Source: Monocercomonoides exilis PA203 (taxonomy: Eukaryota > Protista > Preaxostyla). From it: a DNA stretch of 64,000 bases. Below, in pieces: positions 1 through 13,399 of the stretch. The stretch covers positions 1,674,001 through 1,738,000 of the forward strand of contig LSRY02000007.1 of NCBI GenBank assembly GCA_001643675.2, written 5' to 3'. Each line of letters starts with the position of its first letter. Within the stretch, counting starts at the first letter, position 1. The position numbers and the translations under genes were made by a program. The notes beneath the pieces are model-generated. The model searched no databases, was not told the DNA's origin, and saw nothing but the letters and a program-made list of their open reading frames with translations.

Positions 1-2
1 AT

Positions 3-326
3 TTGAACGAAGATGAGGAAATAAAGAAGATTGACGAAAAATTATTCATTGAAGAAAGTTCTGAAAGTTCTGATAATTATGCGACATTAAGGAAAAAAAA
101 GGAAAGGAAAACCAAAGAAATCAGGCAATTTAAAAAAAGAAGTTGGAAAAAAAAACATTTCTGCGACAGTGAATATGATGAAAAAAATGAAACAACAAAC
201 ACCGAAGCCACAGATGAGTCTTGTGATAACGTGAAGATTTATTGCACTCGTTCGATTATTGAAATGAAGAAAAAAAGTGAAGATTTTGAATACAGTTTTT
301 CAGAGGAAACTGAAAACGACTTATAG
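3..326 (+). CDS. 3' end of an acidic/lysine-rich ORF running in from the window edge, product unknown
   Basis: Open frame from the window start to a TAG at 324-326; charged low-complexity sequence, loosely like the pogo transposase tail at 59500-59697. No domain recognised. Confidence 0.3.
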   Translation: MNEDEEIKKIDEKLFIEESSESSDNYATLRKKKERKTKEIRQFKKRSWKKKHFCDSEYDEKNETTNTEATDESCDNVKIYCTRSIIEMKKKSEDFEYSFSEETENDL

Positions 327-329
327 TTC

Positions 330-2800
330 TGTCAATTGGTGTAATTCATATCCGTAATCATTCATATGATATGATTTGAACTCAGCTCCCACATTTGAAA
401 GCTTATTTATCCTCCTTGATTTTGCTATTGTTGGAATTGAAAATGCTCTTCTTTCATTTTGATCAACTGGAAATGAACGTTTAATGAATCAAATGAATCA
501 GAAGGTTCTGGAGCAGAACGTTCATCTTAAAGAATATCAATTGTTTTTTCGCTTGTGTACGGAACCTCACCAGAGTCCCAAACAGAAGTTCCTTACAGAA
601 TTGGCTCTTTGAAATATTGCAATCGAATAACACATCCTTTCCAGCACATTACATTCATTTCTCCTTTTATCGCCTTGCAAGTCAGTGAATTTTCGGAAAT
701 AATAAAGTCAATAATCGTCGCATCTGCATTGTTCACATTCAGTCCACAGCACGAGTTTAATTTGATTGTGCACCTATTAATCGTTGTTGATTCTCCAAAA
801 CTGAAATTGTGCCTGCCATATATCTACAAACAAATTCAGCATCTTCTCCTTTACACTCATCTGTGAAAACTCCTCCTGTGTTTGTCTTGATTTCGCATAA
901 CTCCATTGAGGTTTTTGCTTCAGATAACTTCATCAGCTGTGCATGAATATCAACTGATTGCATTTTGCAAACTCAACTCTTCCCATTGTCACTGTCCCAT
1001 CTATTGTTTGAATCAGCGGATTCGTGGATTTTTTCTTCCATCTCCTTTGATCATCTGGTTTTTCATGACAAGGTCTCCATTCCCACTGAGCAGCACCATC
1101 GAACATGTTGCGCTCGGGGCACTTTCATTAAATGAGTCCAGCTCTAACTTCCCTGTTGAAATGTTGAAAAAAATACACATCAGGAGCCATTTCCGGAATA
1201 ACTTATGCTGCTTCAACAAGCTTGTCCAATTTTCCATCTTTCAATATAGTTTTTGCACCAACATTAATTCCCGTATCCGACACTATTCCAAAAAGAGAAG
1301 CTGATCCTATAACTATCACGGAAATCGTTGTTTCTCAAGACTTTTGATCCATACTATTCTTTATTGATTGGCAACCCATTAAGCTCAATTCGCAATCGGC
1401 CATATCCTCGCCTCTGCACGAAACACGAAATTCCATATCGTAGCTGCAAATCGCACTCCATCCATTTTGATCAAAAGAAACAGATTTCTTTACAACATTC
1501 ACACAGATTCCATCTGGTGTATTGCTTTGGCTACGACATTCAAAAAACAACTCATTCTCCAGCTGATAATCATCAATATTTTTTGCATCGTGAGCTTTTC
1601 CGCAACTGAGGAGCAATAATCAAATGTTGCATTCTTGTTTTCTTCTTTGATAATATCATCACTCTCTTCACATAGAAAATAAAGAACTCCTCCGTCTCCA
1701 TTTTAAGCGTTAAACTGTACAAAAGACATTTCAAATGAAAGCATTTCGTCTTTTCGAATTTTAAATAAACCTCCTACATCCTACTCTTCAACACATTTTG
1801 AAAATGGACATTGAAAAACAATATGCTAGAATTTGCTATTGCCATCATTTGTAATTCGTGAATTGGCAGATGAAAGAACTGAAGAATGCGTAGAAAATTT
1901 GGTTGGATAGCATTCATTTCATTCGTTTTCCTAATAATTTCTTTATCTATTCACTCTTCCGAGTGTTTCAAAATTGCATTCAGAAATCACAAACAGCTTG
2001 TTATTTTCTTAAATTTTTATCCTCCACCTAAATTACTGGAAGAACAATTTGAAATACGACTTGATTAAACAAATAATGTTCACGCTGCTAAAATAGAAAC
2101 AGCTCCTGCATCCTTGTGCGATGCACATCCAGAAAAACAACAATTCTAAAAATGTGATGTGACTCATTATCTTTGCAAGTAACGACTGCACCATTGTCAT
2201 CATTAGCAAAACAAAATAGCCACTTGCAATTCAGAAAAATAACTTCGGTTTCTTTAGAGGGCAATGTAATTCGCTGTGAAATGTTTCATCTGTTAATTGC
2301 TTATTCTGTTTGCGTTTCAACATCCCTCATTTGCAGTTCAGAAATGTGTTGTTTTCAGCCACATACAGCCCTACGCATAATGCGCCAAAATGAGGCACCA
2401 CACTCCCATCAACTGGATCATCTTTTCTCTCTAACTGGAACCACTCATTGATATTTCTTGGCAGAAATAGTTATGCTCTTCTTTTCCATCACTTTCTTCC
2501 TTTCCAACCGAAAAATTGTGGCATTTGCACACACAAACGCTCAGTGAAGATATTGCACAAGATTAGATGAAAAAACACGTCGAAACGAACAATAATTTTT
2601 CAGAACCACAACAAATTACAGTTGTGTCCATCTAACACATCATGAGTGTGCTGCAAAATATTCCCGCTGATTCTTGTGTGGAAACAAAAATAAAATCCAC
2701 TCGCATAACCACATTTCTCGGGGCAAAAAGAGACATGAGTTCGTTTTTCCAATCAACCAAATGCTGAACTGTATTTTGGATATCTTTTCTTCTTCATCAC
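330..2800 (-). pseudogene. Degenerate member of the large surface-protein family (beta-helix/PMP-like, GG-motif)
   Basis: Short Cys/Gly-rich minus-strand pieces in shifting frames (e.g. CEIKTNTGGVF, GICVNV, FDQNGWSAICS, ISTGKLELDSF) separated by many stops and frameshifts; same flavour as 57556-59424. Boundaries approximate. Confidence 0.5.
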
Positions 2801-4055
2801 AACAATCATTATTCTATTTCACGATTATATCAAAAGGTTATTGTATAAATTTAATAAAAGAAATCATTTGAAAAATAGTTAAACATTATTGAAATTTTTA
2901 TTTAAATAATAAAAACAAACTTAAAAATAATTGTTCACAAAACAAAACATAGACATTTAATGGTTAAGGTTATTTGCAGTGTTCCAAACGTAATGTTTCT
3001 AATCAAGAAGTTTATTTTTGAGTTAAACTTTTTGAAATATTCATTATGGTTCAAATAACCATTAATTGTATTCATATATTTTCTCATTTTTTGGATTTGT
3101 GTTTTTATTAAAAAAAGAAGAAAATTACATTAAATAACGAGGATATTGGTTTGTATATAATAATTCTTGTTTGTTGCAAATAACATTAATGAATTTTTAA
3201 AAGAATTAATTCAGGATCTTCATGATTTCAATTCAGCGATTGTTCCGTTTCGATTTCATGTTTGTTTTTCGTTATTTTTCATTTTATCAAGTTTGTATTA
3301 TATAGAGATCTTAAAACGATGAAAATCTTTTTTTATATCCACTTCAGTTGGCTTTTTTTCATTTCATAACGAAATATTTGAATTAATGTTTTTCATCTAT
3401 TAAATGCAACATATTTTTTTTATCGAATTGAATCACGAGAAAATGATTATGATTATAATCATTTTTCTTTTCAAAAAATGAAATCTTTGGAACGGTTTTT
3501 AAAAGATTGATCGAAAATTCCATAAATGAGTAAATATAAATAAAAATGGTGAAAATCACCTTAATGCATATTGTTATAGGAAAAAAGAGCACTTTTCTGT
3601 GCATCCATATTAACAAATCCTTTTTTTAAACTCATGAGCGCGAGTTTTTTCCCAGATAAGGGTTTTTTCCCCAACTATAAACATGAACCAATAAATAAAC
3701 AATTTCAAACTATTCTGGTTTTTTAAAATTGAATTAAGCATCATTTGACCAAGACTTTTTTCAACATGAATATGATGCTGCTTCACTAAATGGGTGATAA
3801 TGTTTGTGATCTAGTTTTTCCATTAAATACTTTTTGATCAAAATTTTACCTTTAATATGAAAAAAAAAACACTGAAGAATGAAAAGGCTTTTTTCATGAC
3901 ATAACAATTTTTATGTGAGCAAAAACATTTGTTTTTCATGCAATTGAGATAAATTTTCAAATCGAATGCAATATCACTTCCCAAAGGAAAACAGTTTTTT
4001 ATGCAATAAACAACCCAAAAAAAGTTATGATTTCTTATATAATCATCTATATGTG

Positions 4056-5042
4056 TAGAGTCACATATTTACCTCTGACACTTTTTTACCCCCACCCATT
4101 TTTCTTGTGGAGCTGGCTACGACTTAATTCAAGCCTGTAGCCAACAAAAAATAACTAGAAACGTTTATTTTAATGTATTTCACTTATGCAGAAAAAATAT
4201 TTTTATGAAATTTTTTTCACTTAGAGATCTCGGTATTTTTTAATTTTATTTTTTGATCATTGAATGATGGTCTTTCCATGAATATAACATTCTTGAAGTT
4301 TTAAGCTACATTAACATTTCACCTCATATCCTTTTTATTGTTTTTATAACTTTTCACATTTCACAAGCTTCTTTTTCATCTGTTTTCTCATTTCATCGAC
4401 TATTCGAAAAATGCAATTTTTGATTGTATAATAGACAATTTTTTAATTTTATAAGCTGTTTCTTATTTTTAACTCAATATATTATTGCAAGCTCACAAAA
4501 TATTTTGCTGAAAAATGTTACTGGCTGAAAAAATCAAAATTACCGAAATTGATGTTTTTCATTTTTCTATTTAATATAAATTTTGTGAAACTTTTATGTC
4601 TATCAACATAATTGACATTCCAACGTATTTAAAGGATAATCTGAAAATTTCTAACAAAAATTCATCATTCTTTAAAAATTCTTCATTTTTTCGAAAAGTC
4701 GATGAAATGAGAAAACAGATGAAAAAGAAGCTTGTGAAATGTGAAAAGTTATAAAAACAATAAAAAGGATATGAGGTGAAATGTTAATGTAGCTTAAAAC
4801 TTCAAGAATGTTATATTCATGGAAAGACCATCATTCAATGATCAAAAAATAAAATTAAAAAATACCGAGATCTCTAAGTGAAAAAAATTTCATAAAAATA
4901 TTTTTTCTGCATAAGTGAAATACATTAAAATAAACGTTTCTAGTTATTTTTTGTTGGCTACAGGCTTGAATTAAGTCGTAGCCAGCTCCACAAGAAAAAT
5001 GGGTGGGGGTAAAAAAGGGTCAGAGGCAAAAGTGAAACCCTA
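4056..5042. mobile_element. Foldback/MITE-type non-autonomous element with ~350-bp inverted arms
   Basis: 4056-~4412 is the reverse complement of ~4686-5042. The core 4081-4401/4697-5017 read as identical by eye. ~275-bp AT-rich spacer, no ORF, TA dinucleotide at both ends. Confidence 0.85.
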
Positions 5043-5595
5043 TTTTTTTTTGAAAAGAAACAAATGTGTAATTTTCAAATAAATCAAAAATTTCATATTT
5101 TGCAAAAAATTATATTAAAATACGCCAAACTTTTAAAATAAAGAATACATTTCTGGATAATGTTGTTTCATTCATTCTGAAGAAGATTCGTAAGTTTAAA
5201 CAGAAATTTGAGTTAAATGTGAAATTTAATGATTTATAAGAAAATCAAACATTTGCGAATTTTCAAAAAGAATAACACATATATGTTATTCATGTTTTAA
5301 GTTATATTTATTTAATTTTCAAATGAATATATTAAGCCTGTCTGACCTGACAAATTTTTTTTTGGGTCAGTGACAAATTGACGGACGAATCATTTTGACG
5401 TGTCATTTCCCATATCATATTCTGAAACATTTCCCTTTCAATTAAAAAAAACAAAATGGAATGTTTTATGAAATACATACAATGATTAAATGAATTAAAA
5501 ATTTTTTGACAAATTTTGATCATATTTGTCACAAAGTGTCAGTTGCGGAAATATAATTGATAATTATATATTAATCAACTTTCTTTTCCGTCTCA

Positions 5596-8432
5596 ATGGC
5601 TGTTGATCGTTCGTTGCTAATAAAAGAACTTCCCATAGAACTCCAAAAATCTCTGAAAGACGTTTTTATCGTATGCAAAAATTGTTATCATGGAATTCTT
5701 CAAGTTATTATCTAATTATTTAATTATCTCTAGAGAAGTGCATTTGAAAAGAAAATGGACGAGTTGGATAAAGCGAATTGTGGACTTGTTCGATTGGAAT
5801 TAGTCTCAACAAATGAGGACGTTCAATGTTTGAATGATTCGTTTTTGTTAAAAAAATAATTAAGATTTATCATTTCTTTTATCGATAAAATTGTCTCATT
5901 GCAGCAGGCTTCAAACATCCAAACAGACCAGAAGAAATAATGTCCCAATTACATTTCAAAATTTTCAATGGTATCTTATGGATTTGCTATTACAATGTGA
6001 AATCAGATTTTAAAACAAAAGCAGATGGACACAGAATGTTTTTGTGCACCAACGAAAAGAAAGGATATGCCTGCGGATGTTCAGGGAAAGACACTTCTAC
6101 TGCAGTCAAACAACATAAATGCACATTGTTGTCTCCCACATAGGATTTTTCGATGACAAAAAAACAAAATGTTACGCAACCAACAGTGTCTGCAAGTTGT
6201 GTCTGTACAAAATTAATTGGAGATATTGAACCAATGACGGATTTATTTTTAAATTTGGTTTCCAGATGTAACATATCGTTTTTATCAGCTGCATCGTCAG
6301 AATTCAACACATTTGTTAAACATTTGATTCAAACAGCCCAGGCAAATCCAACTGCTGAGCCCACAGAAATATTTCCATATTTATCAAAGTGGAGAATAAA
6401 AAAACTTATCAGCGAAAAGAAAATTGCAGCAATTCGTGAAAGATCAAAACTGATAAAGGACAAATGCGTTTCTCTCATGATCGATGGAGGGATAATTGCA
6501 AATAAAAAGTGCACCATTATTTCATACGTTATTCATGCAGAAAAATCAACTCCTGGATTTTGGAGCCTTCAACCAGCATGTAATTCTTCTGATGATTACA
6601 AAAATCTCGCTGAAAGGTGCATTTCGGAGATTGCAAAATACGGAGGTGAAGTCAGAAGCATTTGCAGTGATGGTTTGGCAGCTCAAAAAAAAGCGTTTCA
6701 AGATTTATCACACGATTCTGATAAAGAAATCGATTTATTGAACTTTTATGTCAAACCTTTTCATGTTTATTGTTTTAATCGTTTAATTAACTTGACAATC
6801 ACACATTGTTTTCAAGAAGTCCCATTTCTAAAATCAATCAAGGATAATATTTTAGAGTTCTCAAAATTATCAAGGAGCTCACTTATGCAACAGATGTTAC
6901 CTACAAAATGCCCAACATTCACACTTACGAGATGGTTGTGCTTGACAGATATTTGCTCATTCATAAGGAAAAATAGAGAAATTATATTGGAATCGAAGCT
7001 GATGGACAGCCAGAGCATCATTGATGTCATAATAGCAGAAATTTTGTTATTCCCTCTAAAACAGTTGCATTTGTTTTTTGAAGATGACAACAGCAAGCTG
7101 GGAAATGCTTTCCCAAAAATTCTTGAGGCAATGTCATTTTACAAAAACTTTCTTGAATTAAGCTCATTTCGTTACGATCATTGGCATAATGCAATTGCTA
7201 ACATTTGGATATATTTATTCAACTACACTTTGGAAGGCGAAAGAGGGGATCTAATTGCTCTCGCTTATGCATTAACACCATAAGGAAAAAATAAACTTAT
7301 CAGCGATGACTTTTGTTGTATGTTTTTTCATTCAGAAGACAAGAAAAAAGACAGTTTGCACAAAAGTTCAAACATACTTTCAATTGTTTATTTTTTTTTC
7401 TCAATATTTTTCATTTTTCTAATATTTTTTTCTTGCAACTGTTTTCTCGATCGAGCATCATCATCATCTGTTCCCTCATCATCACAGAAAAAGGAAACAT
7501 CCATTGGAAGGTGCTTTTCAAAAGAAAAAGAATCAACAGCTTTTCCTTTATCTGTGAGCAGATTTCAAAAGGCATTATCAATGATTTTGAGAAGCGAATC
7601 ATCAACTGAGCATGTGCATTCGAGTTCAAACAAACAACAGATTGAAGAAGAACAAGATTATATGGCATCATCATCGAAGCATATTCATATAGAAATTGAA
7701 GATTTATTATCAATCGTTTCACAATATGAAAAAAAAGAAGTTCGTTTTTCACATGTACAAGAAGAAGGTATTTTCACTGATAATGAAAATGCAGCAGATT
7801 ATTTTGGACTCATGGAGGCAGAGGAGCAATCAGAAAATGACGAATTTGATGAAATATTAAATGACGAAGTTTCAATCTTTATTGAAACAAGAATTTCTCT
7901 CATATCTTCTCAAGAAACACTCAGTGATGAATCAGATAATCATGCAATAGGCGACTTCAACAAAGATGTTTTCCGTGAAGACGAAGATGATGTGATTTTT
8001 GCAGGTTCAAACAAAAAAATTCAAGTCGTTTACGAAATTTCAAAGGATAAGGAGGATGAAGAAGTCGATTCAATGAAGATTTCAATTTTATCTAATTGGT
8101 ATTTCAGAATAGTTAAATCATTAAAAAAATTTATCAATAATTCATTAAAGAAGTTAACTGAGGAAACAAGAGAAAAATTCGCATCGTTATTTAAAACTCA
8201 CACACTTACTGCAACATCAGTTTGTGTCCTTGAGAGTTTACCGGTATATTACAGTCATATTGCATCGCTTGGTGAAGCGGAAACAGTTTATGCCAACATT
8301 TGTTTTTGCATTGCAACATCTCCTTGCAGCGAATCCGCCTGTGAACGACTTTTTTCAAGATTAAAGCGAATCGTCGGTGATCATAGACATTCGCTTTCCT
8401 TTGATTCGTTAAATTCGTTGCTTCTAATGTGA
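5596..8432 (+). pseudogene. hAT transposase, intron-containing, disrupted by two in-frame stops
   Basis: Predicted exons 5596-5670, 5734-5827, 5905 onward. BED-finger-like C/H cluster (FLCTN..YACGC..KQHKC), SLMIDG, SICSDG, HVYCFNRLINL (CxxH position holds R), TRW, and C-terminal dimerisation motif CSESACERLFSRLKRIVGDHRHSLS. ORFs 5940-6143, 6153-7283 and 7320-8432 share one frame, broken by TAG 6141 and TAA 7281. Confidence 0.9.
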
Positions 8433-8759
8433 ATAACATTTACAAATCATTCTTTATGAAATCAAATAATCATCGTTTGTTATTTTTTCACCTCATTCAA
8501 GTGATTGAGTTATTTTTCATATCATTTCATTACAATCAAAAATAGAATTCCTAAAATAACATCTTTTATTTTTGAAATACTAGAACATCTTATTTGACAT
8601 GAGAATAATTCAGTAGTATGTGATTATGTGAAAAAAAAAACGATGAGATGAAAAAAAAAATCAGTCTTATCAAATGATCTTGATTCATGTTTATTATAAA
8701 CGAATTATGAAATATCATTTAATAACGAATGGTATTCTAAAGCTGTAAAATTAAACTAT

Positions 8760-11700
8760 TGTGCAAAGAAAGACATTGAAAAAAGAATAGATGGGAAATG
8801 CAACAACATGAGAAGCAATGGAGATTGCGGCAAAGGCGCTTTTGGTTGCAATGTTGAAGAAAAGGATGTGACTCTGTTTCCTGAAGCAATTGCGCTGAAG
8901 GTATTGGAGGAGCGAGAAGAGGCAGAGAAAGAAGAAAGGTGAATGATGAAAAATGTGTCTATCCGACAGAATTCATGTAGTTTACGGAAAGAATCAAACT
9001 GAATATGGTGTAACTGCAATAAGAAAAGCTGCACTGGTTGCAGAGGTGCGTGGCTGGCTGGGCTGAGGTTTGTAAAAGAGGAAGCATATATAGAAAAAGC
9101 ATTAGGATTGCAGCAAAGAGCAGAAATTGAATTGTGATGTACTTCGTAAGAAAAAAGAATTCAACAAAATAATTCAAGTGCATAAGACAGTTGCACAAAA
9201 GCGATAGACAAGTATTTGAGAATAATAGTTGATGAAATCACAGAAGTGTTAAGAAAATGTGTGAAAATTTTGAAGATGGAGATGAATGTTTGATGATCTG
9301 AGAGGATCAAGTGAGAGAGGATAGAGAAAATGAGAAAGCTTTGGAAATGAAAAAAAGGAAAAAGATATGGGAAGTGCCTGTAGATGGTTGTGAAAAAGAA
9401 AAAGAGAAGATGAGAGTTACATATAAGGAGGACACGTCTGCTTTGTGTAAGAGTGGTGCTGAAGCTGACAAAGTGCAAACTTTCACTTTGAGTCAAGATA
9501 CAGAAAAAAGGATGGCTTTGAGGATTAAGAAGAAGAAGAAGGTGACAATGAAGCAAAAGAAGAAGAAGAGGAGGAGGAAGAAGAAGAGGAAGAAGAAGAG
9601 GAAGAAGAAGAAGAGGAAGATGAAGAAGAAGAAATGAGTCATAATGTTCATTCTCAACCACTTATTTTCACGCCTTCGGAACACTCATTGGAATAATCTC
9701 TCAAAATGAACAGACTTTCTGAAATGACCGATAAGGTTTCGCAGATGCATTGATCACCATTTTCACAGCATTTTGCCATTTTCTCTGAGCAATCACATCT
9801 GACAAGTCTGATCTGTTGTCTGACAAAAAGGATGGGCTGGCTGTCTTCACTCGTCATTCTTCTGTTTGTCTCCCCTCCTCCAAACCCGTCAGAAGCGTTT
9901 CCGTATCAGGTTCCCCATCAAACACACTCCCAAACGCATGTACTCATGTTATCAATGCACAATTGGTCAGAATTTTCTTCACATTGCCTGCTTCCGCTTT
10001 TTCTCTTCTCTGCTAGTCGAGTCAATTTCCCACTCCGTTGTTGACTTCACCTTCACCGAACCATCTGTGCTCCTTCACGACCGACACTACCAATTCACAG
10101 CACAGCTTCCGAAGATGAAACGGGATATGTGTGTTCGCATGACTTATCAGCTCCTTCCGACCTATTCAGATGTAGTAATCAAGTTGCACTTCTCTGTTTT
10201 TCCTCGATACTTTCGACAACCGTGCAGAACTTATCACACAAGTTTCTTTTATTGCCTTCTTTATATTTACACCATTCCTTATCTCATGCGGAACAAAGAT
10301 CTTTAAACACTTTCGAGCCAAATGCCTCTTCGGTGTTATTCTTCCACTGTATCTCTGCCCGTCCACAACACCGCTTCCTGGCTTCTTGTCTGCAGCATGT
10401 TCTCCTCCTCCTCCTCTTTTTCTCCTCCTCCTCCTCCTTTTTCTCCTTCTCCTTCTTCTTCTCCTTCTCCTTCTCCTTCTCCTTCTCCTTCTCCTTCTCC
10501 TTCTCCTTCTCCTTCTCCTTCTTCCTCTTCCTCTTCCTCTTCCTCTTCCTTCTCCAAATCAATGGAACTACACTCCCTCCCTGACTCCTCAATAATTGCC
10601 AAATCATTCTTCAATATTTGCATCTGTTCCTCATTTTATCTCACCCCTTCTGCACTTTCATCTGAAGTTATGCTCATAGACCCATCTGCTGCTTCTTCTT
10701 CTGCTCTTGATATCTCCTGTTGGATGCAATTGGTTGGCAAAGAACTGCACACTTCAGGTTTCATTGGATACTGTTTGTCTGAATCCGCCTCAGCTTCTGC
10801 CTTCACAAACCTCAGCCTACTCAGCCCAAGCGTCTCCACAACCAACGGAGCCATCGTTTCTCCCAGCTTCCCCTGGTTCTCTTTAATTCTTTCCACAAGC
10901 TCTCTGTGCGCTATCGGATACCCGCCTTTCTTCTAATTTCCATCACCTCCCTCTCTACCTCCATCTTCTTCTTCATCTTCTCCCTTTTCTTCTCCCTCTT
11001 TGCCTCCCTTTTCTCCTTCCTCTCCTTCTTCCCGCTCCTCCAGCACAGCCAGCGCAATCGCTGCTGGAAATAGGACCACATCCTTTATCCTCAGCCCCGC
11101 AGCCTGTAGTCCCTTCTCCGTAATCTCCCCCGCTTCACACAATGCAACCCCTCGCCTCATCACTTCATCTTTCAACTTCTCCAAATATTTTAACTGCGGC
11201 GATCGACATATATGTAGCAGCAACGGGTCAAGCAGATCGTTGATCGACTGGAACGCATCACATCAGCTGCCGCAAAGATCCGATTGCTCCCCGACTTCGT
11301 GTCCACCGACTCTGCAAGAAACGGAAGCGGTGCCACCAGTGGAACCGAAAGCATTGCAAAAAGTGCAACAATCCAGGCGCAAGCAACATTACCATTCAGC
11401 ACCACCCACCGAGCCACAACATACCCCTCGAAGAGTCTGTTGCTCCCTCAGTAACGAATATCTGTGATTTCCATACACCCCAGCCGCCTCTCGATATCAT
11501 CCATCGCTCCTACCGACATGTATGACGCAGCCACAGCCGACGCATCCGAAGGGTCAATCGCAGGCGCTGATGAAGATGATGGCTGCTCATTCTCTGAAGA
11601 TTTCTTATCTTCGCTTCTCCGCCTCCGGAATGGCGAAGTTGATCGGTGTGCTGCTCCTGTTGAAGAAGACGAAGAAGACAAAGGCGCTGAGCGAAGAGAC

Positions 11701-12490
11701 GACTGCTGCGCTGCCCTGGAAAAAAGAATCTTTTTGAAATAGGCTTTCGTGTCGTGCAACAGCTCCAATGGATCCACAAACACAACATCCACATTCGGAT
11801 CAGAAAGATCAACCAGCTGTGAAAGCTCTCCCTTCTAGAGCGATGGGAAAAGGATAAAAAAAGGTTTCTAAAAAAGTTGAGTTGAAATGAGAAGAAGAAG
11901 AAGTTATGCTGATGATGACTGAATAATCGTTCTGGTTTTGCATCAAATGAATTAAATGAGGAATATGTGAAAAGATCAATTCAGAAATGGAAAATGCTGC
12001 AGTTGCTGTCATCTGCTCATTCTGTTGGATTAAGGCAAAAATCCCACAGAAGCCATGAGGCATCAGACAGATTCCGCAAAATGTTTGTCATTCCTTCCTC
12101 AAAAGATGAAGTTAATTTAGCTCCAACACCAGACGATAAATATCTTCTCTGGCTTGGTGTAAATTTTCTTGTTGTCTTCATTTCCCTTTCTCTCATAAAA
12201 CACATTTTCATCTTCACAATAAAAATTTCTTGCTCTAACAATAATCTACGTTTCTTCTTCATTTTTCTCTTTATCTCTCACGCCGATGCAGAATGCGAAG
12301 AAATACAATTTGATGAAGTAAATTTTGATGTGAAGCAGAAGAAATTGTTTGATATGTTGTTTATATGTTTGAATGAGAAGAAAAAGAAGATCAAAAAAGA
12401 AAATGAAAAGTTGAAAGTTATTTCAGATTGATTTATGATTTGATTCAAAACATGAGATACCTTTCCAAAAGAATTTGACATAAAAGAACA
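8760..12490. pseudogene. Mosaic of host-like gene fragments carried inside the hAT element
   Basis: GC-richer coding-like patches on both strands with host-style poly-E/GE/S tracts, abrupt junctions and internal stops; no complete gene; all lie between the transposase stop and the right TIR. Confidence 0.6.
10403..10552. repeat. (CTCCTT)n / CTT-CTC microsatellite, encoding poly-GE/E on the minus strand
   Basis: Directly visible hexamer and trimer run. Confidence 0.9.
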
Positions 12491-12926
12491 TTTTATATAA
12501 GAAATTATATGTTATTATTTATTTATAATAAAACGAATAACTGCTCTATATTAGCTGCTTTTTGTTTTTCTTTCAATTTCAATAAGGAGAGTTTCATATA
12601 ATTTCACCAGTTTGATAATTACTGACAAAATTTCTCAAATTCAAGAAAGTTCAATCTATTTATCATTCAATATAGGAATGCATTTAATGAGAAGTCTCCA
12701 ATTAAAAAAATCAAAATGTAAAAGCTAACCGATATCATGAAAACAATGAAATAAAAACAAATTCTCAGTTTGCCCAAAATGGCTAGAAGTCAACTGTTAA
12801 AAATAGTGAAAAAGGTAAAAAAAGTTATAATGAATATGATATAATACCAATTTTGAATTAATACCACAGTATAAGCGTAAAAAAATCTTCTTTGTATTTT
12901 TTCACTTTATATTATGGAAACATAAT

Positions 12927-12965
<39 letters not shown>

Positions 12966-13399
12966 TGACGGACGAGGCAAAAAGTGATTTGTCAAGTCAG
13001 ACAGCCTTAGAATATATATAAATATATGGGTGATTTTTTTTGATATCATAAAAAATTCCGACGTTTGATCATAAATTTTTCTCATTAAGGGATGTGATGA
13101 TAAAGATAAATTCTATTCGAAATTGAATAAAAATATAGTTTAATATATAATTTTTATTTATTATTTGTTGATTTTATATTGTTTCCAATTGATTTTATTT
13201 CAAATTTTGAAAAAAATAAAATTTTTTCAAAAAATATCAAAATTTCAATAAACAGTTCAAAATACAAGTTCAATCTTTAATATAACATTACCACAATGAT
13301 TATCTTTATTTTAATAATCAATATCTTTTTTTTAAAATTAAATTAATGATGTTATTAAAAAAGAATAGAATAAGTGAAGTCGAAATCGACAAATAATAA

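Larger units (their letters stand above)
5333..13009 (+). mobile_element. hAT-superfamily DNA transposon, 7677 bp, with internal cargo
   Basis: Left TIR TAAGCCTGTCTGACCTGACAAAT (5333-5355); right TIR reverse complement TAAGGCTGTCTGACTTGACAAAT (12987-13009 region; 2 mismatches); perfect 8-bp TSD GAATATAT at 5325-5332 and 13010-13017; subterminal TGACGGACGA near both ends; hAT transposase inside. Confidence 0.93.

Noticed and set aside
3632-3680. GC-richer motif with two TTTTTTCCC units resembling a transposon terminus
   Set aside because: No matching inverted partner found within the window.
5940-7283. In-frame TAG/TAA in both transposases (6141, 7281, 60388) suggesting a TAR=Gln genetic code, as in Streblomastix, or programmed readthrough
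   Set aside because: Host genes here end in TAA/TAG, multi-kb exons contain no internal TAR, and both transposases have other lesions (CxxH to CxxR, frameshifts). Ordinary nonsense mutations explain it.
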